This document shows positions 28,811-39,448 of a DNA stretch of 64,000 bases, in pieces. Origin of the DNA: Gammaproteobacteria bacterium (GTDB lineage: Bacteria > Pseudomonadota > Gammaproteobacteria > JBCCGL01); contig OZ255836.1 in assembly GCA_965277715.1 (NCBI GenBank), forward strand, positions 3,328,001-3,392,000. Direction: 5' to 3'. A program made the translations under genes and the position numbers. Each line of letters begins with the position of its first letter. The stretch's first letter is position 1. The notes below the pieces were generated by a model, which saw only the letters and a list, made by a program, of their open reading frames with translations, searched no databases and was not told the origin of the DNA.

Positions 28811-31800
28811 TGCATACGCCTCTACTGCCCAGGTTTGAAGAGGAATACAGCGCCAAGCTCCCGGCGCTGATGCTGTTGCAAACGCTGGGCTGGGCGTATC
28901 TCTCGCCTCGGCAGGCACTGGCGGCACGCCAGGGTAAAACCCGCCAGGTGGTGCTGCGCGATAGTTTGCGCACGCAATTGCAGCAGCGGCGCTTTTTGTA
29001 CGCCGGTCAGCTTTATCCGTTTTCTACCGATACCATCGAAAAGGCCATTGATACGCTGTGCGCGCCCGCGCTCAATGAGGGCTTGCCCCACGCCAACGAA
29101 AAACTGACCAACCATTTGCTGTACGGCATGGCGGTGCGCGAGTTTGTCGATGGGCGAAAGCTGAGCCCGACGTTGGCGGTTATCGATTGGGAGGAACCTG
29201 AAAATAATCAGTTTTATATAACCGAGGAGTTTACCGTGCAACGCCACCACGGGGTGGAAACGCGGCGGCCGGATATCGTTTGTTTTGTCAATGGTTTGCC
29301 GCTGGCGGTGATCGAGGCAAAGCGGCCAGACGGCTATAGCCAACGCCAGGCGACGGTTGACGAGGGTATTTCACAGCAATTGCGCAATCAACGCCCGGAT
29401 GAAATTCCGGCGCTGTTTGCCTACGCGCAATTATTGCTGTCGATCAACGGTGTTGATGGCCGCTACGCCACGCTGGGCACGGCGAAAAAATTCTGGGCGC
29501 CGTGGCAAGAGCAAACCTTGAGTGAGGCGCAACTACACACGTTAAAAAACACCCCGCTAACAGCCGAGGCGAAAACGGCGCTACTGGCGGAGCGCCCGGC
29601 AGCGGCGCAGGATTGGTATACCCAGCTCACGCAGGGCGGGGCGCTGAAGGTCAGCGGGCAGGATCGTTTGTTGATCGGTGTGTTGTCACCGCAGCGTTTG
29701 CTGGAAATGGTGCGCTTTTACACGCTGTTTGATCAACACAAGGGCAAGATGGTGGCGCGCTACCCGCAGGTGCAGGCGGTTAAGGCGGTATTGGCGCAGA
29801 TCGACACCCCCGCCACGCAGCAACGAACGGCCCGCCAGGGTGGGGTGATTTGGCATACCACTGGCTCTGGTAAATCTCTGACGATGGTGTTTTTGTGCAA
29901 GGCGTTAATTTTGCACGAGACCTTAAAGCAATGCCGGATTTTGCTGGTGACCGACCGCACCGATCTGGAAAAACAACTCAGCGAGACATTTAAGGCCACC
30001 GGCGAGCTGAGCGGCAAGCAGGCGAAGTACAACGCCATCGCACGCACGGGTAGGCAATTGGCCGAGGCGATTAGTCACGGCAATCAGCGCGTGATGTTTT
30101 CGATGATTCACAAGTTTGTGAGCGCGGCAAAAGCCAGGGATTGCTATAACGATACACGCGATTTGGTAGTGCTGGTCGATGAGGGCCATCGCTCACAGGG
30201 TGGCTTGAATTACTTGCATATGCGGCGCGTATTGCCAAACGCCGCTTTTATTGCCTATACCGGCACGCCGCTATTAAAAGACAGCGAGACCACGCACAGC
30301 TTTGGCCCCATTGTGCATGCCTACACCATGCGGCAGGCGGAGCAAGACGGCGCGGTAACGCCGCTGTTGTACGAAGAGCGCAAGCCAACCTTGTCGGTTA
30401 ATGAGCAGGCAATCGACAATCGATTCGAGGCGATGACGGCCAGGCTGACGCCGAGGCAAAAAGGCCAGTTAAAAAAACAATACGCCCGCAAGGGCTATGT
30501 GTATGGCGCGCAAGACCGTATCCAGTTGATCGCCTACGATATTGCCAATCATTTGGATGACCATATCGATCAGGGGCTAAAAGGCCAATTGGCGTGTGAC
30601 AGCAAGCTTTCGGCGGTGCGGTATAAGCAGGCGCTGGATGAATGCGGGTTGTTTGACTCGGCGATTGTGATGTCGGCACCGGATAGCCGCGAGGGAAATA
30701 TAGCCGTGGATGAATCTGCCATACCCGAGGTGACCCAGTGGTGGCGGAAGACCGTTGGCACGCAGCATGAAAAAGCCTATACCGACGGTGTTATCGAGCG
30801 CTTTGATAAGGACGATACTTTAAAGCTGGTGATTGTGGTCGATAAGCTATTAACGGGGTTCGATGAACCCAAAAACGCCGTGCTGTATATCGATAAGCCG
30901 TTAAAGGCGCACAATTTAATTCAGGCGATTGCCCGGGTTAACCGTTTGCACACAAAAAAGGAGTTTGGTTATTTAATCGACTATCGCGGTATTTTGGCAG
31001 AGCTGGATACCACCATCGCGAAATATCAGGATTTGGCCGATCAAACCCAGGGCGGGTTTTATATTGCGGATATTCAAGGCTTGTATCGGCGTATGCAGCT
31101 TGAGTATCGACGCTTGCCCGATTTGCACCAGGCGCTCTGGGCCATTTTTGCCGGGGTTAATAACACGGCCGATATTGAACAGTTGCGGGCGGTATTGGTG
31201 CCCAGGCTCGTCTCGCGCAATGGGCGCTCGGTGGATAGCCATCTGGAAGTGCGCGAGGCGTTTTACGCGGCGCTGGATGATTTTGCCCGGTGTTTAAAAG
31301 TGGCTTCGCAGTCGGCGGACTATTACACGGATAGTCGTTTTACTGAGCGGGATAGGCAGCACTACCACGAGACCCTTAAACAGTTCTCTTTTCTGCGCCG
31401 CTGCGTTAAGGCGGATGCCAACGAATCGGTGGATTACGATGCGTTCGATAACAAGTTTAAAAAACTGATGGATCAGCATGTGGTTGGGCTGGGCGTGGCG
31501 CAACCGGAGGGGGTGTACGAGGTGAATAAGCTGGGCCAGGGGCGGCTGGATCAAGGTGCGCCGACGAGTTGGCCCCCCGAAAAAACCCGCAATGAAACCG
31601 ATATTATTCGCACCCGTGTGACGCGCACCATCGAGCAGCAACTGCGCGATGACCCTTACGCGCAGGCGGTATTTTCTGAATTATTACTGCAAGTGATTAA
31701 AGATGCCGAGGCACTTTTTGAGTCCCCACTAAAGCAGTATTTATTATTCCGCACCTTTGAAGAAAACGTAACCCGGCGTGCGCTAGACGATATACCGGCA

Positions 31801-32100
31801 GTGTTGTCATCGAATAAACCGGCGCAGGCGTATTTTGGGGTGTTTAAATTGCATTATCAGCACCCAGACGATGAGGTTATCACCCGTTGGATTGCCTTGG
31901 CCGAGCAGATCGACGCAACGGTAAAAGAGGTGGTGGCAACGTTTTCGATCAACCCCGAAGTGATGGAGATGACTATCCGTCAGCAATTATTGGCGGTGCT
32001 GTTTGCGGAGTGCCAATTGTTGGGTAAGGGTCTCGACCAAGCAAAGGTAATTGTCGAGCAAATGATCGATATTGTGCGTGAAGGGTGCCGCCGGGGATGA
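28810..32100 (+). CDS. hsdR: Type I R-M restriction subunit
   Basis: RPDIV...IEAK nuclease, WHTTGSGKS, DEGHRSQ, TGTP, LLTGFD, QAIARVNR. Confidence 0.95.
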   Translation: MHTPLLPRFEEEYSAKLPALMLLQTLGWAYLSPRQALAARQGKTRQVVLRDSLRTQLQQRRFLYAGQLYPFSTDTIEKAIDTLCAPALNEGLPHANEKLTNHLLYGMAVREFVDGRKLSPTLAVIDWEEPENNQFYITEEFTVQRHHGVETRRPDIVCFVNGLPLAVIEAKRPDGYSQRQATVDEGISQQLRNQRPDEIPALFAYAQLLLSINGVDGRYATLGTAKKFWAPWQEQTLSEAQLHTLKNTPLTAEAKTALLAERPAAAQDWYTQLTQGGALKVSGQDRLLIGVLSPQRLLEMVRFYTLFDQHKGKMVARYPQVQAVKAVLAQIDTPATQQRTARQGGVIWHTTGSGKSLTMVFLCKALILHETLKQCRILLVTDRTDLEKQLSETFKATGELSGKQAKYNAIARTGRQLAEAISHGNQRVMFSMIHKFVSAAKARDCYNDTRDLVVLVDEGHRSQGGLNYLHMRRVLPNAAFIAYTGTPLLKDSETTHSFGPIVHAYTMRQAEQDGAVTPLLYEERKPTLSVNEQAIDNRFEAMTARLTPRQKGQLKKQYARKGYVYGAQDRIQLIAYDIANHLDDHIDQGLKGQLACDSKLSAVRYKQALDECGLFDSAIVMSAPDSREGNIAVDESAIPEVTQWWRKTVGTQHEKAYTDGVIERFDKDDTLKLVIVVDKLLTGFDEPKNAVLYIDKPLKAHNLIQAIARVNRLHTKKEFGYLIDYRGILAELDTTIAKYQDLADQTQGGFYIADIQGLYRRMQLEYRRLPDLHQALWAIFAGVNNTADIEQLRAVLVPRLVSRNGRSVDSHLEVREAFYAALDDFARCLKVASQSADYYTDSRFTERDRQHYHETLKQFSFLRRCVKADANESVDYDAFDNKFKKLMDQHVVGLGVAQPEGVYEVNKLGQGRLDQGAPTSWPPEKTRNETDIIRTRVTRTIEQQLRDDPYAQAVFSELLLQVIKDAEALFESPLKQYLLFRTFEENVTRRALDDIPAVLSSNKPAQAYFGVFKLHYQHPDDEVITRWIALAEQIDATVKEVVATFSINPEVMEMTIRQQLLAVLFAECQLLGKGLDQAKVIVEQMIDIVREGCRRG

Positions 32101-32852
32101 TGGTTACTGGTGACAATAGGGAACGGCCAACCCACGGCTCGGTTTATTACGGTGAGCGGTTTATTCCCTTTACTATTGAGCCGCGCACAGGTCATGGCCA
32201 CAAAGTGCGCATTAAAGTGTATGCCGATAAACGCGTTGTGGTACAGGCACCGCTACAGGCCAATTACGATGACATTATCGAGGCCGCGCAAAAACGCGCC
32301 CGCTGGATTCAGCAGCAGCTAATTATTTTTTCAACCCACTGTAACGATGTGCTGCCGCGCTTGTATGTCAGCGGGGAGAGCCATTTTTATTTAGGCCGTC
32401 GGCATTTATTAAAAGTCACCGTGGATCGACAACACGCGGCGCAGGTGAAGTTATTGCAAGGTGTTTTGCAGGTGTACACGCCCTCTGCCGAGAAGACCCG
32501 CACGCTGTTAATGGGGTGGTATAAACAGCGTGCCAACGATGTTTTTGATCGTCGACTTGAGGCGTTGCTGGATAAGATTTGGTGGCTGGAAGATAAGCCC
32601 GCATTTACTTTGCGGATGATGCAGACACAATGGGGCAACTGCTCACCTGCTGGTGTGCTTACGTTAAATCCGCACCTGGTGAAGGCGCCCACACCGTGTA
32701 TTGATTATGTTTTATTACACGAGATTTGCCATATTGCCGAGCATAATCATAGTCAACAGTTTTATCGTTTGGTCGAGCAAATAATGCCGCAGTGGCAATC
32801 GGTCAAAACCCGGCTGGATAACATGGCTTATTTTTATTTGAATGATGCGTAA
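32097..32852 (+). CDS. M48/YgjP (DUF45) metallopeptidase-like protein
   Basis: QWGNCS, YVLLHEICH...HNH; usual position after hsdR. Confidence 0.88.
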   Translation: MMVTGDNRERPTHGSVYYGERFIPFTIEPRTGHGHKVRIKVYADKRVVVQAPLQANYDDIIEAAQKRARWIQQQLIIFSTHCNDVLPRLYVSGESHFYLGRRHLLKVTVDRQHAAQVKLLQGVLQVYTPSAEKTRTLLMGWYKQRANDVFDRRLEALLDKIWWLEDKPAFTLRMMQTQWGNCSPAGVLTLNPHLVKAPTPCIDYVLLHEICHIAEHNHSQQFYRLVEQIMPQWQSVKTRLDNMAYFYLNDA

Positions 32853-32965
32853 ACCTGAATTAATTAATTACGCCTAAAAAACCCGGAGCACTATCTATTA
32901 TTCATGCGCTGAAGCGGGTGGATGAAGAGTACAACAATAAAATTTTACTATGAGGAGCTATACCG

Positions 32966-33262
32966 ATGTCAAATTTCCCCAATATCCCTGTACGAAAACC
33001 GATTGAGCTGGATTTTTATAAACTACCGCCCAATCACAACCCGATGATTCAGGTGGATGCCGATAGCACCTTCGATAATGTTCAGTCTTCCTTATGCCTG
33101 CTAATGCGCCTGGTAATGGACTCGGAACAAATGGAGCTGCATTACTCAGAGCGAGAAACGCGTGGTTTATTGTGTGTGTTGGAGTGTATGGAAAAGGCGA
33201 TGCGATTTGAGTTATATCATCGGGCTGATGAGAATGAGGGGGGTGAGTGTAATCAATCGTGA
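32966..33262 (+). CDS. Hypothetical protein
   Basis: Good RBS (GAGGAG), 98 aa, no recognised motif. Confidence 0.55.
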   Translation: MSNFPNIPVRKPIELDFYKLPPNHNPMIQVDADSTFDNVQSSLCLLMRLVMDSEQMELHYSERETRGLLCVLECMEKAMRFELYHRADENEGGECNQS

Positions 33263-33296
33263 ATTTGGGGTAAGGTAAGTTTATCTACGGATTGTG

Positions 33297-33892
33297 CTAA
33301 ACCCATTCATGTGCATTATGGGCGCACCTATCGCTCGCAATAATCACATGCTCCTGACGGGAACGAAAACACGATAAATAGACGCTCTCTCCCCAAACAG
33401 ATCGAGCGTCTGTCAATGCACAGATTTGTTCTACACCCCGCAAAAATAGCGCTGATGCCTTCACTTTTTTGCCTTTTTTTGTCCTGACCTGAGTATTGTC
33501 AGGAATGCGGATAGAAAACGGAATATTCTTCTTTTTCAAATACATAATCCATTCTTTACCTCGAAATTCACGGTCAGCCAATAAGGCACTGATCGTCTGT
33601 ACAGGAAAAACAGTCAAATAACGATTAACCCGATCAATCCGCTCCTGAGTATGGCTGTTTCCCGCTTTGTCTAAAATAGGGGAACCGCTACATTGTGCCA
33701 GTCAATGGAAAGAACCAATAGGTTTACATGCGTCATACCCAACTTCCAGTGGGTTCGGTCAATGCTTACAGTCCAAGGCGGACATTGGGCAATCAGCTTA
33801 ATTAACAACGGGGCAATAGTATTCGGCTTCAAATCAAAATGACGCAAAAAACGTTTATTTCAATACCTTAATTTATTTTGTCCTGTACAGAG
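33297..33892 (-). mobile_element. IS4-family (ISAba1/IS10-like) remnant
   Basis: End CTCTGTACAGGACAAAA; fragments WTVSIDRTHWKLG and LLADREFRGKEW. Confidence 0.8.
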
Positions 33893-33926
33893 TGGCGTTA
33901 CTATGAAAGTTAACGGGACAGCAGTG
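33893..33926 (+). mobile_element. Right end of IS4 element C, inverted relative to 10092/13823
   Basis: 33897-33926 is the exact 30-bp reverse complement of 13823-13852; followed by ATGTTTCAC. Confidence 0.85.
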
Positions 33927-34226
33927 ATGTTTCACTCGTGATGTTCAGGGTATTTCTCTATTCTTTCACGGGCGAAACCACTGCTGCCCGGCAACTGCTC
34001 CTGTGTTGCTCTATTTTTATAAAACTATTTAAAAATGGCACATTGTTTAAATAATATTTATAAAAAAGAAAGTTATTTCGTGGGCACTCTTTATTTATCA
34101 ATACAGGTGTACGCCAACTGTTTCTATGCAAAGCAGGCTGACGCTGAAAGCATGAAGCTGTGTTTCTGATGCATTGCCTGCTTATTTATATCGCTTTATA
34201 TCGGTCAATTTAAAGCTGGGACAATG

Positions 34227-34973
34227 TTAGAGTATCTGGCTTAAAAATTCCTGCGTTCGCGGGTCTTTTGCTTCGGTGAAGAAGGTCGATGGCGGCCCGT
34301 GTTCGACGATAACGCCTCGGTCCGTGAAGTAGATGTGGTCGGCGATTTCACGCGCAAAACCCATTTCGTGGGTGACGAGGATACATGTCATGCCATCTTG
34401 TGCCAGGTTTTTGATCGCGATGAGGACTTCTTTGACTGTTTCCGGGTCGAGCGCGGCGGTGACTTCGTCGAATAACATTATGTCAGGGTTCATCGCCAGG
34501 GAGCGGGCAATCGCGACGCGTTGTTGTTGGCCACCCGATAATTCGCCGGGGTAGCTGTGCTCCTTGTCTTGTAGGTTGACGCGCTGCATTAACGCATGTG
34601 CGCGTTGCTCAACTTCAGCGGGGTTTTGTTTTAGTACTTTGATGGGGGCCATCATCACATTTTGCAGGGCGGTTTTGTGTGGAAATAAATTGTATTGCTG
34701 GAAAACCATGCCGACTTTTTTGCGCAGTGCCAGTTTGTCCAGTTGGGGGTCGTGAACCTCTTGCCCCTGTACTTTAATGGAACCGGAATTGATGTCGTTG
34801 AGTGCATTGATGCAACGAATTAATGTCGATTTTCCAGAACCGGATGGGCCGATAATGCAAATTACCTCACCCTTCATTACATTGATGGAAATACCCTTGA
34901 GTACTTCGAGCGAACCAAAGGATTTGTATACGTCTTTTATCGATATGATGGGTTGATCTTGTGTCCAGCTCAT
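34227..34973 (-). CDS. Polar amino acid ABC transporter ATP-binding protein
   Basis: GPSGSGKS, LSGGQQQRVAIAR, LFDE. Confidence 0.93.
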   Translation of the reverse strand: MSWTQDQPIISIKDVYKSFGSLEVLKGISINVMKGEVICIIGPSGSGKSTLIRCINALNDINSGSIKVQGQEVHDPQLDKLALRKKVGMVFQQYNLFPHKTALQNVMMAPIKVLKQNPAEVEQRAHALMQRVNLQDKEHSYPGELSGGQQQRVAIARSLAMNPDIMLFDEVTAALDPETVKEVLIAIKNLAQDGMTCILVTHEMGFAREIADHIYFTDRGVIVEHGPPSTFFTEAKDPRTQEFLSQIL

Positions 34974-34989
34974 CGGCCAGCAGCCCTCT

Positions 34990-35889
34990 TTAAAGTTTTA
35001 CCGCAAAGCGCTTTTCCAGTGCCATTGTGAGGCGTGCGATGGGGTAGCAATAAGCAAAAAATATAAGCAGTGCAAAGCTGTAAAACGGCACCAATAGTTC
35101 GGGGTGGTTGTTTTCTGCTTCGATAGCCTGGCGGCTCAATGTAATCAGTTCTTCGACGCCGAGTAGCGAGCATAATGGCGTGGCCATCGTGAGGATGGCG
35201 TACCAGTTCATCCACGGTGGGAGCATGCGCTTGAAGCACTGTGGCATGATAACTTGCCACAGTGTTTGCTGGCGCGTATAGGCCAGCGATTCGGCTGCTT
35301 CCCACTGCCCGGATGGCACCGACTGCACCGCACCGCGCACCAGCTCTGCCACATTGGCCATAATGGGGAGTGACAGGCCAAACACGGCTTTCATCCAGTC
35401 AGGCACACGGATAATCCAGTCGCCGATGACAATTTCAAACGGCAGTGCGAGGAGTACGATAAACAACAAAACCAGCCACGGTGAGTTGCGAAATAATTGG
35501 GTGAAAAATTTTGCTGGCAGGCGGATAGCGGCGAACGGCGATAGCTGCGCCAAGCCCAATAACACACCGGCGATGGTGCCGATCAGCATGGTCATCAGCG
35601 AGATGATGATATTGAATAAAAAGCCACCACTGACTAAGAAGGGCAGCCATTTGAATAGTGCCTGGAGTGCGTGTGTGTACGTGTATTGTGACGCCGCCAG
35701 TGTACTCAGGGGCCAGGCAAATATCAGCGCGATCAATAGGGCGAGTGTCCAGGGGGAAAACCCTGCGAGCCAGCGGCAGAAACCGAGGCTGTCACTGCCA
35801 ATATAGCCGGTATTGGCAAGCGGCAGTAATACCGGCAAATCGGTTTGCATATTGGCGTTGACGCCGGGAATGTGTTTCTTTTTCACCAT
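34990..35889 (-). CDS. Amino acid ABC transporter permease
   Basis: FRNSP, ELVRGAVQSVPSGQWEAA (EAA loop). Confidence 0.92.
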   Translation of the reverse strand: MVKKKHIPGVNANMQTDLPVLLPLANTGYIGSDSLGFCRWLAGFSPWTLALLIALIFAWPLSTLAASQYTYTHALQALFKWLPFLVSGGFLFNIIISLMTMLIGTIAGVLLGLAQLSPFAAIRLPAKFFTQLFRNSPWLVLLFIVLLALPFEIVIGDWIIRVPDWMKAVFGLSLPIMANVAELVRGAVQSVPSGQWEAAESLAYTRQQTLWQVIMPQCFKRMLPPWMNWYAILTMATPLCSLLGVEELITLSRQAIEAENNHPELLVPFYSFALLIFFAYCYPIARLTMALEKRFAVKL

Positions 35890-35905
35890 TTACCGGGCGC
35901 CTGCT

Positions 35906-36664
35906 CTACTGACCATAGCCGGGAATGCGTAAGGACGTCTCCCAGCGGTTCATGCCACTGACCAGTACACCGACCAGTAAAATAAAGGTAATAAATAATA
36001 CCAACATGGTCGGGTACAACGCGCTTGGGTAGTCGTTCCATATGCCGACACTTTCATACAGCAGCTCGGGCACGGCAATGCCAATTGCCTGGGTGGTGGT
36101 TTTAACCAGGTTGACGAGGTTATTGTTGAGCGCGGGTAAGGAGACGCGAAATGCCAGAGGCAAAACCACATTGGTGTACGTTTGCAACCGGGAAAACCCC
36201 AGCGCACTGGCGGCTTCCTTGGTGGATTCGGGGACTGCTTCAATACCGGCGCGAAATATTTCCACATTGAAGGCCCCGGCGAAAAATGACAGGGAGATAA
36301 TCGCCCAGCCGACGTTGGAGATCAGGGGTATTTCCGTCCAGCCGTCGGGGCCGGTAACAGTTGGGGTCAAGTGCCCCAAGGCAAAATAGAAAAACAGTAG
36401 TTGTACAAAGGGGGGCGTGTTGCGAAAAAACTGGATATAGCCTTGTACGATAAGCCGCAACCCTTTATTCGGTGAATTTTGCAGCCAGGCGCCGACGACA
36501 CCGATAAGCACTGAAAACAACACGCAGGCAATGGATAGGATGATAGTGGTCTTGAGCCCGCCGACAATCCGCCACCACTGAAACGCATCGTAGAAAAAGA
36601 TGAAATTCCAGCGCGGATACTCATCCGCTATGTGGCGGAAGAACTCGGTAAATACTTCAAGCAT
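35906..36664 (-). CDS. Amino acid ABC transporter permease
   Basis: FRNTP, EIFRAGIEAVP...EAA. Confidence 0.92.
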   Translation of the reverse strand: MLEVFTEFFRHIADEYPRWNFIFFYDAFQWWRIVGGLKTTIILSIACVLFSVLIGVVGAWLQNSPNKGLRLIVQGYIQFFRNTPPFVQLLFFYFALGHLTPTVTGPDGWTEIPLISNVGWAIISLSFFAGAFNVEIFRAGIEAVPESTKEAASALGFSRLQTYTNVVLPLAFRVSLPALNNNLVNLVKTTTQAIGIAVPELLYESVGIWNDYPSALYPTMLVLFITFILLVGVLVSGMNRWETSLRIPGYGQ

Positions 36665-36751
36665 TTAGGTGGTGAGATCGATTGGTTTAGGGAGTGTACA
36701 GGGCGCTGGCAACCTGGAAAAAACTGGCTGCCAGCGCGTTGATACACAAAA

Positions 36752-37597
36752 CTATTTAGCTAACCAATCTTTATATTTGGCGTTGTGATCGGCGAGAAAG
36801 GCGGTAGGCTTGATGCCCCATTTCTTTTCCCATTCAATCAGTTGGCCAGACTGATGCCAGTTAAACGTCATGCCAGACATAAACTGACCAAATATGCAGT
36901 CTTTTTCAGCCAGTGGTACGGCCAGTGCCCAGGGGTTGTCGTCTTCTGATCGCAGCGGCATTTCAAACGCATCGTAGTCACCTGAGGCGAGGTCAGAGCC
37001 AATCGATGAGTCGTCGTACACCCAGGCGACACATTTTTTATCGCGCAGTGCCTGCTTGGCTTCGGCATTGCCTGTAAAAGCGACGACGGTTACCCCGTAG
37101 CGCTCGGTGACGATTTTATTGTAAAACGCCCCCTGTTTGCCGCACACAGGTTTGCCGCGCAGGTCTTCCCAGTTTTTGAAGCCAAGCGCTTTGGGTGCCA
37201 TGACATTGGTGCCAGAGGTGTAGTAGTTGGGCTGGGTGATGCCGACAATTTTGCGCCGGTCGTCACGGTCTGACATGGTGGCGATAAACATATCGGTTTT
37301 GCCCTGTTCGAGGAATTGCATACGGTTTGACGATTGCACCGCGACCAGTTCCAGCTCAACTCCCATGGTTTCAGCGACATCTTTGGCCATATCGATTTCC
37401 ATGCCGACAATGCTGCCGTCACTGTCGCGAAACCCCCAGGGCTTATAGTCTGCTTTGACACCGACGACAAGCTTGCCACGGCTCATCACCTTGTTCCACG
37501 TATCGTTGCTGCATTGTGCCGCGTACGCTGCGCTACTGCTCATCAGTAGTGCTGCTGCGGCTGTGCTAATGCCAAATGTGGCGAGTTTTTTATACAT
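36752..37597 (-). CDS. Amino acid ABC transporter substrate-binding protein
   Basis: Signal peptide, GKLVVGVKADYKPWGF family-3 SBP motif. Confidence 0.92.
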   Translation of the reverse strand: MYKKLATFGISTAAAALLMSSSAAYAAQCSNDTWNKVMSRGKLVVGVKADYKPWGFRDSDGSIVGMEIDMAKDVAETMGVELELVAVQSSNRMQFLEQGKTDMFIATMSDRDDRRKIVGITQPNYYTSGTNVMAPKALGFKNWEDLRGKPVCGKQGAFYNKIVTERYGVTVVAFTGNAEAKQALRDKKCVAWVYDDSSIGSDLASGDYDAFEMPLRSEDDNPWALAVPLAEKDCIFGQFMSGMTFNWHQSGQLIEWEKKWGIKPTAFLADHNAKYKDWLAK

Positions 37598-37807
37598 AGG
37601 TAAATCCTCCAGTGAGTATTGGATTGGGGGGCAGTAAGGTATTTATCGTGTTTGTGTGTCAGCTTGCCTGCCACACGTTTATTAACCTTCGATTGTTATA
37701 CTGAACAGTTGGCGAATTTAAGTCAACACTTCAGGGTTACATGATAACCTTAGTAGATTTCAGCCAGATCATCTGGGTTTTCTCACTGGGTATTATCGCT
37801 ACTAATT

Positions 37808-38596
37808 ATGTGCCGTCACGCTGCTTATCTTGGAAATACTATTTCACTCGCCCGGTTTATGCTCGAATCTGAGCACAACCTGATCGAGCAGGCTATCTAC
37901 CCAAAAGAAATGCGCATCGGGCGGTTTAATGCGGATGGCTTTGGTATCGGGTGGTTTCTTGAAGGTGGTAAACCCGTTTGTTACAAAAATATCCAGCCTA
38001 TCTGGTCAGACACCAATTTACCCGCACTGGGTGCCTCGCTGCACAGCGATCAGTGGATTGCGCTGGCGCGGGGGGCCTCACCAGGCTTAGGCGTGAGCAT
38101 TGATAATACCCACCCATTTGCCGACCATCGCTGGCTGTTTACCTTAAACGGCATCATCACTGATTTTGCCGATACGCTGCGCCCGGCCATCACGGCCAGA
38201 CTTTCCGACAACATCGCAGCGAGCACGCGGGGCCACACGGATGCCGAATTTATTTTTGCCCTGCTACGCCAGTTGTCGATGGAGGATGAGCAGGCGACGA
38301 CAGCGGATCTGTTGGTACGGCTTATCGCTTATATTGAAAGCATTGCGGGCGCTGTTGAGGTGGCATTAAGTATTTTACTGTGTGAACACGGTGCGCTATA
38401 CGCGGTTCGCCATGCGATTAATCTGCCTAATCCTACGCTTTATTACAGTGATAATTATTGTGGCGGCCAGGCGGTGTCGTCCGAACCGATGGGGGATCGC
38501 AAGCAGTGGCAGATGCTGCCGGAGCAACATTTGTTGGTGGTAAAAAGGGCGGGTGAAGCGCGATTGCTGCCCTTGAACCGGGGGGCGTTTTCTTGA
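37808..38596 (+). CDS. Class II glutamine amidotransferase, EgtC-like
   Basis: MCRHAAYLG N-terminal Cys, NADGFGIGW, NTHPF, TDAE. Confidence 0.85.
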   Translation: MCRHAAYLGNTISLARFMLESEHNLIEQAIYPKEMRIGRFNADGFGIGWFLEGGKPVCYKNIQPIWSDTNLPALGASLHSDQWIALARGASPGLGVSIDNTHPFADHRWLFTLNGIITDFADTLRPAITARLSDNIAASTRGHTDAEFIFALLRQLSMEDEQATTADLLVRLIAYIESIAGAVEVALSILLCEHGALYAVRHAINLPNPTLYYSDNYCGGQAVSSEPMGDRKQWQMLPEQHLLVVKRAGEARLLPLNRGAFS

Positions 38597-39432
38597 GCAC
38601 GCCATCATTGTCTGCGTCTATTCAGTTGAGTGTTGCCAATGCGCTCAGTGAGGATATTGGTAGTGGTGACATTACAGCCAGGTTGATCGATGCGCAGGCA
38701 ATGGCCTACGCCACCGTTATTTCACGGCAGTCGGCGACCTTGTGTGGGACGGCCTGGTTCGATGAAGTATTTGTACAATTGGCGGGAAAAACGGAGATAA
38801 CCTGGTCAGCGGCTGATGGTGGGGTAATCGAGGCCGGGCAGGTTCTGTGCACCATTACCAGCCCGGCGCGCACATTGTTAACGGGAGAGCGCACGGCGTT
38901 GAATTTTTTACAGGTGCTGTCAGCGACGGCCACCACGACGCGTCGCTACGTCGATATTATTGCCGGTACGGGGGCGCGTTTACTGGATACGCGCAAAACA
39001 ATACCGGGGATGCGTGTGGCACAAAAATACGCGGTGCAGTGCGGCGGTGGTTGCAACCACCGCATAGGGTTGTTCGATGCATTTTTAATTAAGGAAAACC
39101 ACATCATTGCCGCCGGTGGGATTGTCAACGCCTGCCAGCAGGCACGGGCGCTGTCTGCTGACAAACTGCTGGAAATTGAAGTGGAGACGCTCGATGAGCT
39201 TGAGCAGGCCCTGTCTGCCGGGGTCGACAGGGTGATGCTGGATAATTTTGACCTGGACACAATGCGCCAGGCGGTGGCGTTGAACAGGCGGCGCGTGGCC
39301 CTTGAAGCCTCTGGCAATGTGGATGAGCATACGTTGCGGTCGATTGCTGAAACAGGCGTCGATTATATTTCTGTCGGTGCGTTAACCAAGCATATCGAGG
39401 CGATTGATTTGTCGATGCGGTTTGATTGTTAA
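38593..39432 (+). CDS. nadC: Nicotinate-nucleotide diphosphorylase
   Basis: EDIGSGDIT, LLDTRKT, NHRIGL, KENH, MLDN. Confidence 0.95.
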   Translation: MSTPSLSASIQLSVANALSEDIGSGDITARLIDAQAMAYATVISRQSATLCGTAWFDEVFVQLAGKTEITWSAADGGVIEAGQVLCTITSPARTLLTGERTALNFLQVLSATATTTRRYVDIIAGTGARLLDTRKTIPGMRVAQKYAVQCGGGCNHRIGLFDAFLIKENHIIAAGGIVNACQQARALSADKLLEIEVETLDELEQALSAGVDRVMLDNFDLDTMRQAVALNRRRVALEASGNVDEHTLRSIAETGVDYISVGALTKHIEAIDLSMRFDC

Positions 39433-39448
39433 CCGCACCATGACCGTT

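Noticed and set aside
33978-34012. CACTGCTGCCCGGCAACT as another IS4-C end
   Set aside because: Only the first 8 bases match; it looks more like a fragment of an unrelated intergenic repeat that I cannot confirm
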